A stretch of DNA of 64,000 nt from Phoronis australis. Taxonomy: Eukaryota > Animalia > Phoronida. The stretch lies in contig NMRA01000496.1 of assembly GCA_002633005.1 (NCBI GenBank), forward strand, positions 1,005 through 65,004, written 5' to 3'. Every line of letters begins with the position of its first letter. The stretch's first letter is position 1. The notes below the pieces were generated by a model. That model searched no databases. It had not been told where the DNA came from and saw nothing but the letters and a program-made list of their open reading frames with translations. A program made the translations under genes and the position numbers. Of this stretch, positions 13,864-26,357 are shown in pieces.

Positions 13864-14708
13864 ATGAACCTTCACAGCCCCGTCCATCAGCGTTTCCTTG
13901 TAGATAATTTCCTTCACGCGCAGTCTAACCTTGTCAGCCACAAGTGCACGAACACTAGCTTCAATCATCTCAAAAACTGTACATGCTCTTTCACAATGAT
14001 CCCTTTCAAGTTCAAACCCTTTAGAGGAAATTTGTTTCTTTTTGTCATCCTCAATGCTCCAGCATAAAATTCCAAACAACAACGTGGCGCTATTTATCAA
14101 ACGCATTTTGTAACTTGTACACTCGTGATCAATGTCATCAGTACACTCCACGTCCACGCCATGACAAAATAGTTTAACTATCAACCCTCCATCCTGTCTT
14201 TCTTTTATGTACGGGCATATCCTGCACATGTATGACGCTTCGAGTATATGTTTGATGGTCGTAAACACGCCAGTAGTGATAGGTGATGTGCAATCTGCCA
14301 GCCAAGCAATATTAACCATTGAGCATGTTTTAGAGTAGAAGATTATTTCCTTCCATTGCAGCCTGACATTGCATTCTTCAGTAATGTCCGTCACTTCACC
14401 ATCTTTTTCATGCAATATGCGAAAGTCTTCGCTCTTTAGTCGTTGATCATCCACTTTTCCCAACATTGCTGCAACAGTCACTCGCACTTCGACTGGCTCC
14501 GAGAATGTTAGATTTCCATCTGTGCAGGTCACGCATATTCTCTGAGAATAGAGGTTAGCTCTGCCTTGGGTGTCGTAATGCACTGCCCGTGCTAACAACA
14601 ACTGATCTACAAACTCAATTTCTATGTTCCCGGATATTGCATTTGGTGGTACTCTGAGTTGAACCCCTTTGTACCCAAAAACTCCACCGACTGCTCCATC
14701 AATAGTTG
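13864..14708 (-). CDS. Exon: ZU5 domain plus probable UPA-like domain
   Basis: Acceptor tatccctatag, donor GTTCAT|gtaagt; 845 bp, phase 1->0, no stops. TIDGAVGGVFGYKGVQLRVPPNAISG and YSQRICVTCTDGNLTFSEPVEVRV match ZU5 motifs (GG..GV.L.IP.GA; SP.V.C.P.G..F..PV). The UPA call rests only on position and beta-rich composition. Confidence 0.8.
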
Positions 14709-15037
14709 CTATAGGGATAGAAATGACATTTATCAGTACTTGGGAAGGATTGCAACGAAAGTCAATTAAGTTCCTCGTTTTCTTAGCAAGTAGCTTTTAT
14801 TAGTGATCACTTCAATGTGCAGACTTTGGCACATATTATCTTAGTAATTTTGAATTTCCGTTATCAATTACAATCCGGGAATGAGAAGGTGACGATGGCA
14901 CCCTTTGTCCTTTTTATCGCTATAAATTTGAGAGTAAAAAAGCATGTGTGAGAGTAGCTATTCGGTTAAGCAGAAAAATACCAAGCATTCCCCTTTTTTC
15001 GGAAAGATCGTGCCCCTGAACACGGCCGACCTCGTAC

Positions 15038-15065
15038 TCATTGCTCGGACTGCTTCACTTGGAAG
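15038..15065 (-). CDS. Candidate 28-nt phase 0->1 linker exon (LPSEAVRAM)
   Basis: Acceptor caattttag, weak donor ATGA|gtacga. It restores frame between the ankyrin cap exon and the ZU5 exon. A 7-nt alternative exists at 16327-16333. Confidence 0.3.
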
Positions 15066-15242
15066 CTAAAATTGAATTGTTTGTGAGATTTGTTGAATGT
15101 TGTGCACACTCTATTTTCACGAAAAATCGGGGGCACTTAGACATTCCGGGAGTGACGTCAAACAACCTACATAATTTCTTCTCCCTTCCGTTTGATTCAA
15201 AGGACCAACTTTAAAATTCCTGAAAAATTACTGAGCGATTAG

Positions 15243-15610
15243 TTTGCAGGGTGGACCTACTGATCTGGTGATACAGGGTGGTTCTACTGGTCTCAAGACA
15301 CAGGGTGGTCCTACTGATCTCAAGATACAGGGTGGTTCTACTGATCTCACTATACAGGGTCGTCCTACTGATCTCACGATGCAGGGTGGTCCTACTGATC
15401 TGACGATACAGGGTGATCCTACTAATATGACGATAGTGGGTGGTCCTACTGATCTGAAGATACAGGGTCGTCATAGTGTTCTTACGACAAAGGGTGGTCC
15501 TACTGATCTCACAATACAGGGTCGTCATAGTGTTCTTACGACAAATTGTAGTCCTACTGATCTGACGATACAGGGTCGTCATAGTGTTCGTACGATAAAG
15601 GGTGGTCCTA
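15243..15610. repeat. 27-bp minisatellite (about 13-14 units)
   Basis: Unit cagggtggtcctactgatctgacgata, with a variant cagggtcgtcatagtgttcttacgaca alternating in the right half. Confidence 0.95.
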
Positions 15611-16619
15611 CATGTCACAACAAACCTTTTTACAGCTTTTAAAATTGTTCAGTACATGTACTACATCTCTAATACCAGAGTATTTAACATGACACGTGTA
15701 AGTTAGACAGACACTAAAAATTCTAAATGAAAGTTTATCTACCATTTCTATACTTAGTTTTAATCTGCACAAGTGGACAAAGATAACAACAGTTTACAAT
15801 AAACGCAAACGTATGACAATAAATGCAACAAAAACCTGTTTCGTTATGCACTATCCTTTCTAACAACTATGGCCTTCCCACTGCATTTCAAGGAATCAGT
15901 TGCTACCTGGGTGTTGGTGAAATTAAGGGCGATTGGGAACGTATAGTGACTTATGGCAATCGGGAGAGGCACTGCAGTTCTACCACGCCTAAATTGGGAC
16001 AAAGATTTATAATGTGCAAATGAACACCACGCCTTTTGTTTTTGTACGAAGGTATATTTTGATGCTAAATTACAAGGTAGGAGAGACAACTTCGAAGACG
16101 CTTCCTAATAACAAGAATTGCCTTGACTCTTTGCAAAGACGCAAATTTTAACTAATTTACCCACTCCAGTAATAAATTAAGGGACAAAACCTTTCTATAT
16201 ATTAATTGTACTTTTTTCACTGACTTGTGAAACTGTGACCAAAATATGGAGGAAACTGATCGGGAATTTCCTTGGCTACCAACCACCCGCGTTTCAAGTC
16301 TATTAGGCTACAGACAGGAAACTTACACTGGCCCTGTTTTCAGTAAAACATCCACGCACGTTAAGTTCTCAACAAAGAAAATTCCTCATCAACTCAAAAT
16401 ATTGAGTTCTTCACCTCAATTTCTTAAACGGGCACGCGTGCTTTTTTAGATAGCCCCCCCACCAGAGCACCGGAGTCTCCCAAATTATCCTTAAATGTGA
16501 CGTTCAATCCTTGATATAAACAACACAATGGATATTCCAAGCCTTAGACAGTCTAACTTCTTCAGAGTATGCGATATATCCGCTTGCAATATTCAAGATG
16601 AACAACTCTCACTTAGCAT

Positions 16620-17600
16620 CCCCATGAAGATTTCAGAAGTTTTACAGTGTCATGCCTCTTTAAGGTCCAGCAGTACTCTAGAAAAGTGTCCAACTTTATC
16701 TACCGCCGCATCTCATCTCAAAAATAAATGACCATATCAATACAAAACTTCACACATCATGCTTTGTCCATTGCTCTCACAAATTTGGATTAAGAAATGT
16801 TTCTAAATGTCAACAGTTTAGTATGAGGGATTAACAAATATACAAGTAGGACTCAAAAGATTGTTTGAAATGAACACGGAAAAGTAACTAAGAGAACTTT
16901 AAACAGTGTTCATCACATTAGTCAGTGGTGTTGATACGAATGCGTATTTTGCTTCACTGTATTCATAATTGAACATTCCAATTTCACCAAAAAAAAAATA
17001 GTTTGTTCAGTGATGACCACATTTCTACTGTAGGCCAGGCCCGTAAACTGCCGGCTAGACTTCTGAAACACGTTTAATTCAGGAACGTAATTTTGCGAAG
17101 TCTTGAGATAGCTTGACTTTTTCGAGAGAAAATAGGTATACAAAACGCATTCCAAGTAAACGTCACGAAGAGGAGACAGGTTCACGCTATGAAAACTCAA
17201 TCCTTCTTACCAATTGGCGGTGCAGCAGATTCCGCTGTTTCGAACAGCTCTTCCTGAAACGAAACAAAATTCAACGCACAAAAATAGTTAATAGTACAGT
17301 AGCGTCTCTTCGAAGTAAATCAATTAACCTGAGCAACAAAATACCTAGGGAAGATCTCAAAATTACCATGTATGGATTTATGCTTTGCGACTTCACTGAC
17401 ATTTTCCTCGCTGATAAATTATTTTATTCCTTCCAATAACTATTGTATTTGCCGACATAATAAACAATAGGTAGAAGTCCAGACTAGTTTGCATTGGAAT
17501 TTATTCCTTTTAAATACATTAAAATAACACTTTTAAATTTCAAATAGCTGAAGAACAGAGGAATTTCCATTTGGAAGCCTCGGTGCTGCAATGCAATAGA
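16620..17600. repeat. Diverged direct duplicate of segment 7825-9760
   Basis: Contains the same ordered blocks listed for 7825-9760. Confidence 0.75.
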
Positions 17601-18481
17601 TTTTGGTGATTTGTTTTTTTTATCATGTAAAAATGAATTGATATGTAGGTTGAAATAAGCATTGATTAAACACTATTCTGCCCTCCGCAGAGTAGGCGTG
17701 TCCACCAATTGACTGAAATCAGTTGAAAAGTCTGTTGACCTAATGACTTTGTGGAAGTCAGCGCATACGCAGAGGGAGAATACCTGAGGAGTTACCAGTA
17801 TTTTTCAAAATGATTGACATTTTTAAATCAAAACAGCTTACAAAATAAATGAGAAACTACAGTCAAGAAATTAGCAAGAAGGGCAAACACTGGAAAACTA
17901 AAATTCGAGAACCGGTAGAAATAATGTGGAATATACTAGAGCTCGACTCATTGGTTTACTTGTAAATCTACGCGGTGACCACTGCGTTTCCAAGTGTATA
18001 TTTTCACGGTCAAAAGCATTCATTGACAAGACGGAACCACTACAGTGTAGTTTCCACGTCTAGTGGTATTACACAGTACAAACAAATCGTAAAACAACAA
18101 TATGTAATTACAAACAAAAAGGTAGCGTAATGTGTGTGTCTGTTTGTGTGCGTACGTGGGAGTGGGTGTGGGTGTTAGTGTGCATGTTTGTGTTATTTCA
18201 TCTTGAAATTAGAAATGCCATTTTAGAGAAAGTCCCACGGGATTTCCATTTACCTGATAAATCATAAAAACGATGGAAATGCCGACGCACAAATTTGCAC
18301 CAACGGCTTCATTTTTGATCTGAAATTCCGCAACTTTGCGTTTATGCGGTATTAGATGCTGTATTCAAAATTGTGAAAATTACATAAAAACGACTCCATT
18401 TATTAAAACCTTAATATTATCACACAAATACTGTCAACAATACTTATACACTAATCACCCGATAATTTCCATGAATGCTAC

Positions 18482-18565
18482 CTTAAGGAATTCCTTGATG
18501 TTTTCTGCAGTTGATTCCTTGATCCTGCGTCCACGTCCACAAACGTCGTAAGCGGTTTCTACAGC
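18482..18565 (-). CDS. Exon: C-terminal capping ankyrin half-repeat
   Basis: Acceptor ttttgttgcag, donor CTTAAG|gtagca; 84 bp, phase 0->0. Encodes AVETAYDVCGRGRRIKESTAENIKEFLK (TAYD...I.EFL cap pattern), continuing ...VVNK from the previous exon. Confidence 0.75.
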
Positions 18566-18883
18566 CTGCAACAAAATGTTTCAATGGAAGACGAATATTA
18601 CGTAAAATTACAAGACCCGAGAATTGATCTTATGTAGACATGAACCTACTGCTACTTTCTGCTCTTTCTGAAATTATTGGCAGCAGAAATTGACTTTTAA
18701 ATACTTCGTCAACCGCCGATGTAGTGCTAAAATGACCACTACATATTGAGTTATTAATGTCAATAGTTTATGCCAAATACCGATTCTTCCAAAACTGGCT
18801 GTTGCTTATTTTCATCAACACTTTTGTTGTGCTCCTTAGAGACTTGAGAGGAAGCAGAATCGTTGCCATGTAAGCATATACGT

Positions 18884-19232
18884 GGTGATGTTAGGTTACA
18901 CCAAGAAGTGCTGTAGTAGATACAGTGTACCCTGGGGATGCTGAGTTACACGAAAGACTGTTGTAGAACGCACAGTGTACACTGGTGATGCTGGGTTACA
19001 CGAAGGAGGTAAGTAGAACATACAGTGTACACTGGTGAGGCTGGGTTACACGAAAGACTGTTGTAGAACATACAGTGTACACTGGAGATGCTGGGTTACA
19101 CCAAGGAGTGCTGTAGAACATAGTGTACACTTATGAAGCTGGGTTACACGAAGGAGAGCTGTAGAACAAACAGTGTACACGTGGTTATGCTCGGTTACAC
19201 GAAGGAGCGTGTAGAACATACAGTGTCAACTG
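18884..19232. repeat. 50-bp minisatellite (about 7 units)
   Basis: Unit ggtgatgctgggttacacgaaggagtgctgtagaacatacagtgtacact starts at 18884, 18934, 18984, 19034, 19084 and onward. Confidence 0.9.
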
Positions 19233-20535
19233 GTATAACCAGTGGGTTGGAGATCAAACACGACGGCCTGACCGCCCCAGAGACTGGCGTTGGACGTGTA
19301 GACCCTGATGTTTATTTGAGCACCAGCCAATCCATGTTAGGTCAGGCCAACCCGCTCTTGAGTGCAGCCATCTAGTATAGGAGTCCCACAAGTTGGAGCA
19401 CCGGTCACTGGGTTTTGCAATCCAGCAGGTGGTTTGGAAGATCGATCAATCGTTGATTTCCGCTCGTTATTTCTGACGACAGCGCCACTCGTTTAACGGC
19501 CCACGAGCAAAACTCAAAGCACATTTCACGTTAGTTACTCCATCATGATAATACGCTCACTAACACCTTTTCGAGCAACGTGTTAAGTCATTTATGGACT
19601 GTTGATATTATTGGTGTTCCACAGTAATTTTATGTGGTAACCTGAGACTAGACTATTTTTTTCTGAGTTACAAAACAATATGTGATATCACTGGTCCACA
19701 TTTTGATCACGTGATTAGTATAATGTTGGGATTGTTTTCTTTCACAGAGGTAATTCCTAATAACAGGATCACCCTAAAGTCTAAAAGTCCATTTTTGTTC
19801 CAACATGATATGTACATGTAGGCTTGGTTGATGTTACACGAAACAAAGGCACAGAGAGCTTACTTGTTATGAAATAATCTGAAGAAGTACATTGTAATGG
19901 ATTAGAAAAGGAATTGCCAATAAAAGAAAAAATCATTAGGACAGCAGTATGAACGGAAGTGTCGAAAATGAAAAATACAACATGACATATTTTCAGACTC
20001 AAGATAGGACAAACGTTGTACCACAATCGTCATTATTAAAAACAGTGGGAAAACAAGCAAATCATTTTACAAACGTCGGACCTTATTCAGACTTTGTGTT
20101 CACAGCCCATCTGGCAATGAGACCATTTTCTCTGACATTTCTCAATTGGTGATTTTACAGACTCTTTGTCTTCTGGATTTTGGTAGGTGCGCCTTAAACC
20201 ACTGCGGTGTGACATTTGACCCACCATTCCAAGTTGTTTTTAATATGGTAGACCGGTTTCACGCCGGTTTAACTTCGGAATTTAAGAGGACACTTCAGTG
20301 GCTCTTTAACTGGATTGCAATGGTGCGATAACAATATTGTGTTATGGCATGACTCGGAAATATTCAGTAATTTACTGGTGAAAAAATTCTGAGAGAGTTG
20401 TATTAACACCGCAGTCAGAATCGATGTTTTCAATGAAATTATGCCTTCCACTCTAATAAGAATTTCATAATATTCCTTTCTGCGATATGATTCTATTTCT
20501 GTCAACAACAATGACATCTAAATCATCAGTCTCTG

Positions 20536-20690
20536 GAGTTGACCATACCGTAAATTGTGCATTCTAAAGTAGCGCAAGACAGTGTACTCATCGCCTTCCA
20601 CTCGAATTGACCATACCATAAGTTGTGCACTCGAAAGTAGCGCTAGTGTACTCATTGCCTTCAACTCGAGTTGTTCATCTCATAAGTTGC
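20536..20690. repeat. Short tandem duplication, about 64-68 bp x 2.3
   Basis: The block ga.ttgaccatacc.taa.ttgtgca..c.aaagtagcgc...agtgtactcat.gccttc.actc is repeated. Confidence 0.75.
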
Positions 20691-23600
20691 GACTTCACGC
20701 CAATAATGCCCACCAACTTGAACTTCGTTTTTAGCCAGATAAACAGGGTGAAAGATTTGAGTGCATCTGTACTTAGAGATTAGACCCCTTGGCCAGAGTG
20801 CAAGACATAAGGTAAGAATTTTTTAAATTTTATTTTAAAAAATTATTAAAGAACTTCAAAAACCTAGAAGATCAACTTCAAAATCTACTCTTTCCATTGA
20901 TTTAAAGTACTAAGCGAACCAGAGGTTTCAGGGGATATTTCTAAGCATCTCATTACCTTTCTTGCATACTTCACGTTTTATTCAAATTTTCAAAGTAAAT
21001 AAATATTTGTGTTCAAAGTGAAATGAAAACTGGATGCCAAATACTGCCAAGCAGGATTTTGTAAGGCTGTGGCCACTTTTGGACATAACACGGTTGAGAA
21101 GAAATTTGGGGAAGACCAACATGCCGTCAGCGTTTTGACTGCAACATAAACCGACGCACCATTTGTCAGTGCCCAAGTCCCCTACGCATGAAGTACGAGA
21201 GACTTGATTTATTAGATAGTACAAAGCAGTGACTATAATTACGAGGTGGAAAAGATTGCAGTGACATTACAGTCTAGCTCCAGTGTACTACCATCTGGAC
21301 CGCAATTGGGAACTAGAAATCACCAAATTTGGAGAAATGCACGATTAGTTTAAGTCCAAGCACCAATTCGCAATGTTTCATGCAAGTTGACAAAACGCTT
21401 AGGTCTGGCACAGGGGGTTAGTGGGTGCTGAGCGTTTTGTTGGTTTTCGCTATATGCGGACGACGTAAGGATTATAATGACGTGTATGCAAGTTAAAAAT
21501 GTTTCAGGTTTGCAAACGAGTCTCCAATTTGTAAGTAATTAGAAATAGTAATTCGTGAATCGTAGACTTTCGTCGATATTTTCAGATAAGCAAACATGCA
21601 AACCAATAGCAACGAATCATTCCCATGTTGCTTCAATTCACACACAGTTATCAAATTAAATGAAACTACAACTCTCCATTTTTCTACACGTTTAGTTGCA
21701 AGGTTTTCGTTGAAGTCTGCATTGTTCAGCAAGGACCTCTTCGGCAATTCATCTAGGTATGAGTTCAAGTTTGTCTAGCAGTTTGTAAGTAAAAGTTGTA
21801 GGAGATCGAAGTTCTCAAAGCTGAGTTTGGGTCCCCTTAATTGTTTGAAATTTAGGTGAGAAAGGTTTTTCTGAGATCAACCTCAGCGTGGAGTCAACAT
21901 TCAACACCCGCAATGGCAGTCTTACGCCCTGTTAGCGCAGTTTCTCCGCTTCACACTTTACACTTAACTTAAAGTCCTTCTTGCAAACTGCCCATGTGGT
22001 TCCAGTATCCGAAAATATTTACTACATAAATTCTTATTTTCGACACCCTTTCTTTATATTCCTTTCGCCTTTCTTGCCAAAAACGATTTTTCAACCGTAT
22101 TTGACCCTTTTCTCTGAGCGTATGATCATCGGTTATTTCCGTACCCACATTTCCGGCTCATCAGTTCAGGAACTTGTCCTGAAAGCCGCCATTTTTTCCT
22201 CGTAACTGAATGTGCTATCGCTTGCTCGAAAAGTCTTCATTATTTTGTTCTATTAGTAATATCTCGTGATTCGTTTGCATATGTAATGTATTTATAGTTT
22301 GTAGTTAGTGGTCGTTGATGTTTTTTGGAATGTTACGCGTACTTAGTATGTTAAAATAGCATTGGTGTTTAGTTCCTTACGTAGGCCGGTCGAACCTAGG
22401 AACCAATATGGGTCGAACCTTTTTTTTTTTCGGTTTTATTTTTTTTCTCGTTTTGAAAAAGTACTTTGCTATCATCGGAAAGGTAGTGCATTCTACTCAG
22501 TAAAAATCAAAAAAGTATCAAAATCTGGGCAAGCAGTGTAAAGTTAATGCAAGTTTTGTGGCGAAATTTGGGTCACTTTGTTTGGATCGCGTCGGCCATA
22601 TTGGAGGACAGCGGGATAAGTTACGAGTTTAAAACTTTGTGTAAATTGTTTTCGCCAACAAATTACGGTGAAATTTAGTTAGACATATCTTTACTTACTA
22701 TTCTGCACGATTTAACAGTGTTCACCAAATTTCAGCCTCGCAGTTGTTACTCATTAAGTGATAAATGTGCTCACAATTCCCGTTGGACTTCGTCTCATTT
22801 CTGGCGGCACCGACAACATGGCGACTTTTGCTGAACTCAAAGGCACGTTCAATCGGCTACTTTGTAATTTGTGAAGATTTAATGTTGATACATTTTGACA
22901 AACGTTGCTACAAAAAAGAAACTTTGTTCAATTTTCGTGTTTTTTGTGCAAAAATCTAAGATGTATTTGAATTATTTTTCTGTAAATTTCCCATTCAGGT
23001 GATCTTACACTAAGCTGAAAAAATAGTTGAAATAATTTTGAAATGTTTTTTGTTTGACTGTCAACTGCTGTTCAAGACTTGATTCGGTGTCACAAAATGA
23101 TTCATATTTTTCTAAATTTTAAGTATGTCCACTTTTATATCATGGAAACTGTTGCTGTTGAATAGTGTTTGTAATGCTAAATGTAAAGTATCGTGCATTT
23201 TAAGTTACTTATTATGTTAAAATTTTGAATCATTTTGGGTTAATGAATAAAAAATGATAACATGTTGTATTGGACTTGTCATACTTATGTGCTCGAACGA
23301 ACCCCCTTTTTGGAGAACTGGAAAAAGGTCTGCCTCAGTCACAAAAGCACGAATTCCGAAAAAAGTAGAAAATGAGACAATATTCCACATAATACAGGAA
23401 ATACCAAAATTTAGAGTCTGCAATTCATAGCTCTGAACATACCCACTGAATCTTACAGTAAAAGATAGACATTCCTAAAAATTCCAGCCCCCCCCCATTC
23501 TCTTAGGCTTGGTGCGCTCATACAAAGTCTGGGAAAATCTCTATTGAAAGCCAACAACTTTGCACAGTTCGCCAGAAGTACCCAAGTTCTAAATAAACCT

Positions 23601-26069
23601 CGTTTGAGCGAGCGCTGTGGCCAGCGACCAGTTAGGCCTAAGGGTAGCCTTGGCGCAAAGCTGTATAGGCCTAACAAGCTGTATTTTGACGATAGTCTTC
23701 ACTGGTTGCTGGTGACTGAGACTAACTAAAGTCTGCCGCGGCAGTGTTACACAGGACTAACCAGCCCGTAATTTCATGCAAGTATCTGAAACTACCCTTG
23801 AATATATGCAGCATTTATCATTTGACCATTTTACTTCGACGAAACAGCTTGCAACCGCATGCATTTACCGTTCGCCAGTGTCTGGTCTCGATCCGCACCG
23901 GGTCCGATAGGCTGCGGTCCCGAGTCTGGCAAAATAATTTCTGTCAAAATTTATTCGCCACATTTCTTCAGCAAATTCCATAAAATTGTCCGTAGTTTGA
24001 TTTTATCAAAATTAAGGCGCGCTGTCGATTTTTTTATCCCCGTTTGCTGGCTGGTAACAGTACAGGCACTGCTCCAGTCGCACTGACGGCGTTTTCTCGG
24101 CCTGGGTTCCTGAATGAATTGTACTTCGGGTTCCGCGGCAAGTTCAAAATGGCGGTGGTTCTTCGGGTGCGAATCGTGAGTGGCGCGTTCATTTAAACTT
24201 TTTTCGAGTACGGATCGTGTATTAGTTATGGGGTAGGTACTTCTTGGATCCTTATAACATCTTCTAACCATGTAATAAGGGTTAACAACGCGTGAGAGAA
24301 GGACTTTAACGATTGCTGTTCATATATGTGCGCGTCCAAAAACAGGCCAAAACACCTGCACACGCCGAACGATGCTGTTGTCCAAATTATATAATTCTGT
24401 TCAAATGCTTTGCACGTACAGTGTAGATGCGTGTGTTTCAATTCATTTGTTGGTCCAGGTGCCTTTCGTAAACGGGATGTTTTTATTTTATTTTTTCATC
24501 AAGGGTCAGTACTTTGCATTTGACTAAATGTACGTCAATGTTTGCCATTTTGCATCGCATAAACACAATCAAGGCGCATGGCATAAATACGCGCACACGC
24601 AGCAAGCGGAACGATAAAGATGAATGGCTGCATTCATGTTACTTGGGCAGGTACAGTGTCGTATTAATGAGCAAAAGTGAGAGTATGGTTCGTGCTTATA
24701 TCTCAGACAATCAGAGGTTGACAGGGGTATTTTCTTGAGTGCAGGCCGGGCGTCAGCGTCAAAGCTCGGCTAAGTTTAACTTTTTGTCAAGTTGCAAAAG
24801 TTTTTGATTTAACGACAAGCTGAAACATGTGCAGCTACATTGGGAAGATAGGATTTTCAGCAATACAGTCAAATCTTAAGAAATTTGAGTATGTTAACAT
24901 ATAATCACGCTCCCTTAAAATCCACTGAAATGTCTGTTGACACAGTCAGTACATGTTTTCCGTGGGGGGCAGTCGTGGAAATTTATCGGTAAAAGGGACA
25001 ATAGCTCATTTGAAGAGAACATCAGAATCAAAGGATGAAGCAACCATAGTTGAATTTTCAATTTTGAGGCCAAGAACCGACGACTTTTCATTTTATATCA
25101 TTGTCAACAGGGACAGCACCACCCCTTTCAAATGACCGATAATTCACCAGACTGCAAGCTGCTTCGTGCAGTACAGTGTCGCAACCCTTTGAGAAGTTTA
25201 AAAAGCCTCTTCAACAAGTTTGAATTGCTCTGAAGAGTCGTTTTAAAAGAGTGGCGTAACATTTATCAAACTAAAAAGATCATCAGGGGAAAATCTTAAT
25301 CCAGTATTTTCATATAGGATCTTATCTTATGCTTCATTCATACAGTAAATTAAGTTGTATGTCTTTGTATGTGCGCATGCTTTTGCGTACTTTTGTATAA
25401 TTTTTTAATTCTACTCAATTCACTGTATCAAAATTATCCACTGCCAGACAATTTCAGTGGCGGAGTGAACTCAGTATTTTGATTTGCAATTAAAGCTTCG
25501 CTCATAAATTACGGTCACAGACAACTAGGGGAATCAGTCAAGATAAAGGGCACCAATCTCTATCAACATTTCCGCGACAATGATGGATGTATTTCTTGTC
25601 CCGACACTCCCAAGTTATGCTTCTGATCAAGACTGTTTCACAAGAAGTTCACTGTATATCATATTTAAAAGTAAACCCAACTTCACCGACACATGTAGAC
25701 CATCGAGACTTGCAAACAACACTATGCTTAGTTTAAACAACAAGGCGCAATTAACAGCAGGCATTTGGTGACTTAAAGGTTTCTTTTTTAGAGAGTTTCG
25801 GTCAATTTTAAGGTTTTTAATGAATCAGACAATTTAGCCTGATGTCGCTTGTGCGAAGAAACATTAAAAACAGTGCATAGCACAAAATTAACCGTCCGAA
25901 TGAAACCGACGTGAACCAACATATTTCGTGGCACCGTGTAAAACTAAACATCAACATTGAAATGATGAAATATATCATTACAGCCTTAGAAGTTTTTGCA
26001 ACTACATGATACAACTGATAAAACTAAAACTGATACTTTACTAACGGGAAGATAACACCACATCGAAAA

Positions 26070-26315
26070 GCTATAGCAAGGTTAAATGACATGCTCACTA
26101 TTCAGGTAAAGTTATAGCGAAGTTAGATGACATATTCACTATTCAGGTAAAGTTATAGCAAAGTTAGATGACATGTTCACTATTAAGGTAAAGTTATAGC
26201 AAAGTTAGATGACCTGTTCACTATTCAGGTAAAGTTATAGCAAAGTTAGATGACATGTTCACTATTCAGGTAAAGTTATAACAAAGTTAGATGACATGTT
26301 CACTAATCAGGTAAA
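26070..26315. repeat. 41-bp minisatellite, 6 units
   Basis: Unit gttatagcaaagttagatgacatgttcactattcaggtaaa; the array ends about 40 bp from an ankyrin exon donor. Confidence 0.95.
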
Positions 26316-26357
26316 AGTGTGTCTTACCACACAGTTCCATTTACATTCATGTTTTAC

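Noticed and set aside
15211-15642. Repetitive ORFs on both strands
   Set aside because: They result from a 27-bp unit that lacks stops in two frames. No phase-compatible splice sites link them to the gene.
26070-26315. CRISPR-like regular repeats (also 18884-19232 and three 15-bp motifs at about 51924-51992)
   Set aside because: The two arrays are head-to-tail with no unique spacers, the 15-bp motifs are too short and irregularly spaced, there are no cas genes, and the DNA is eukaryotic.
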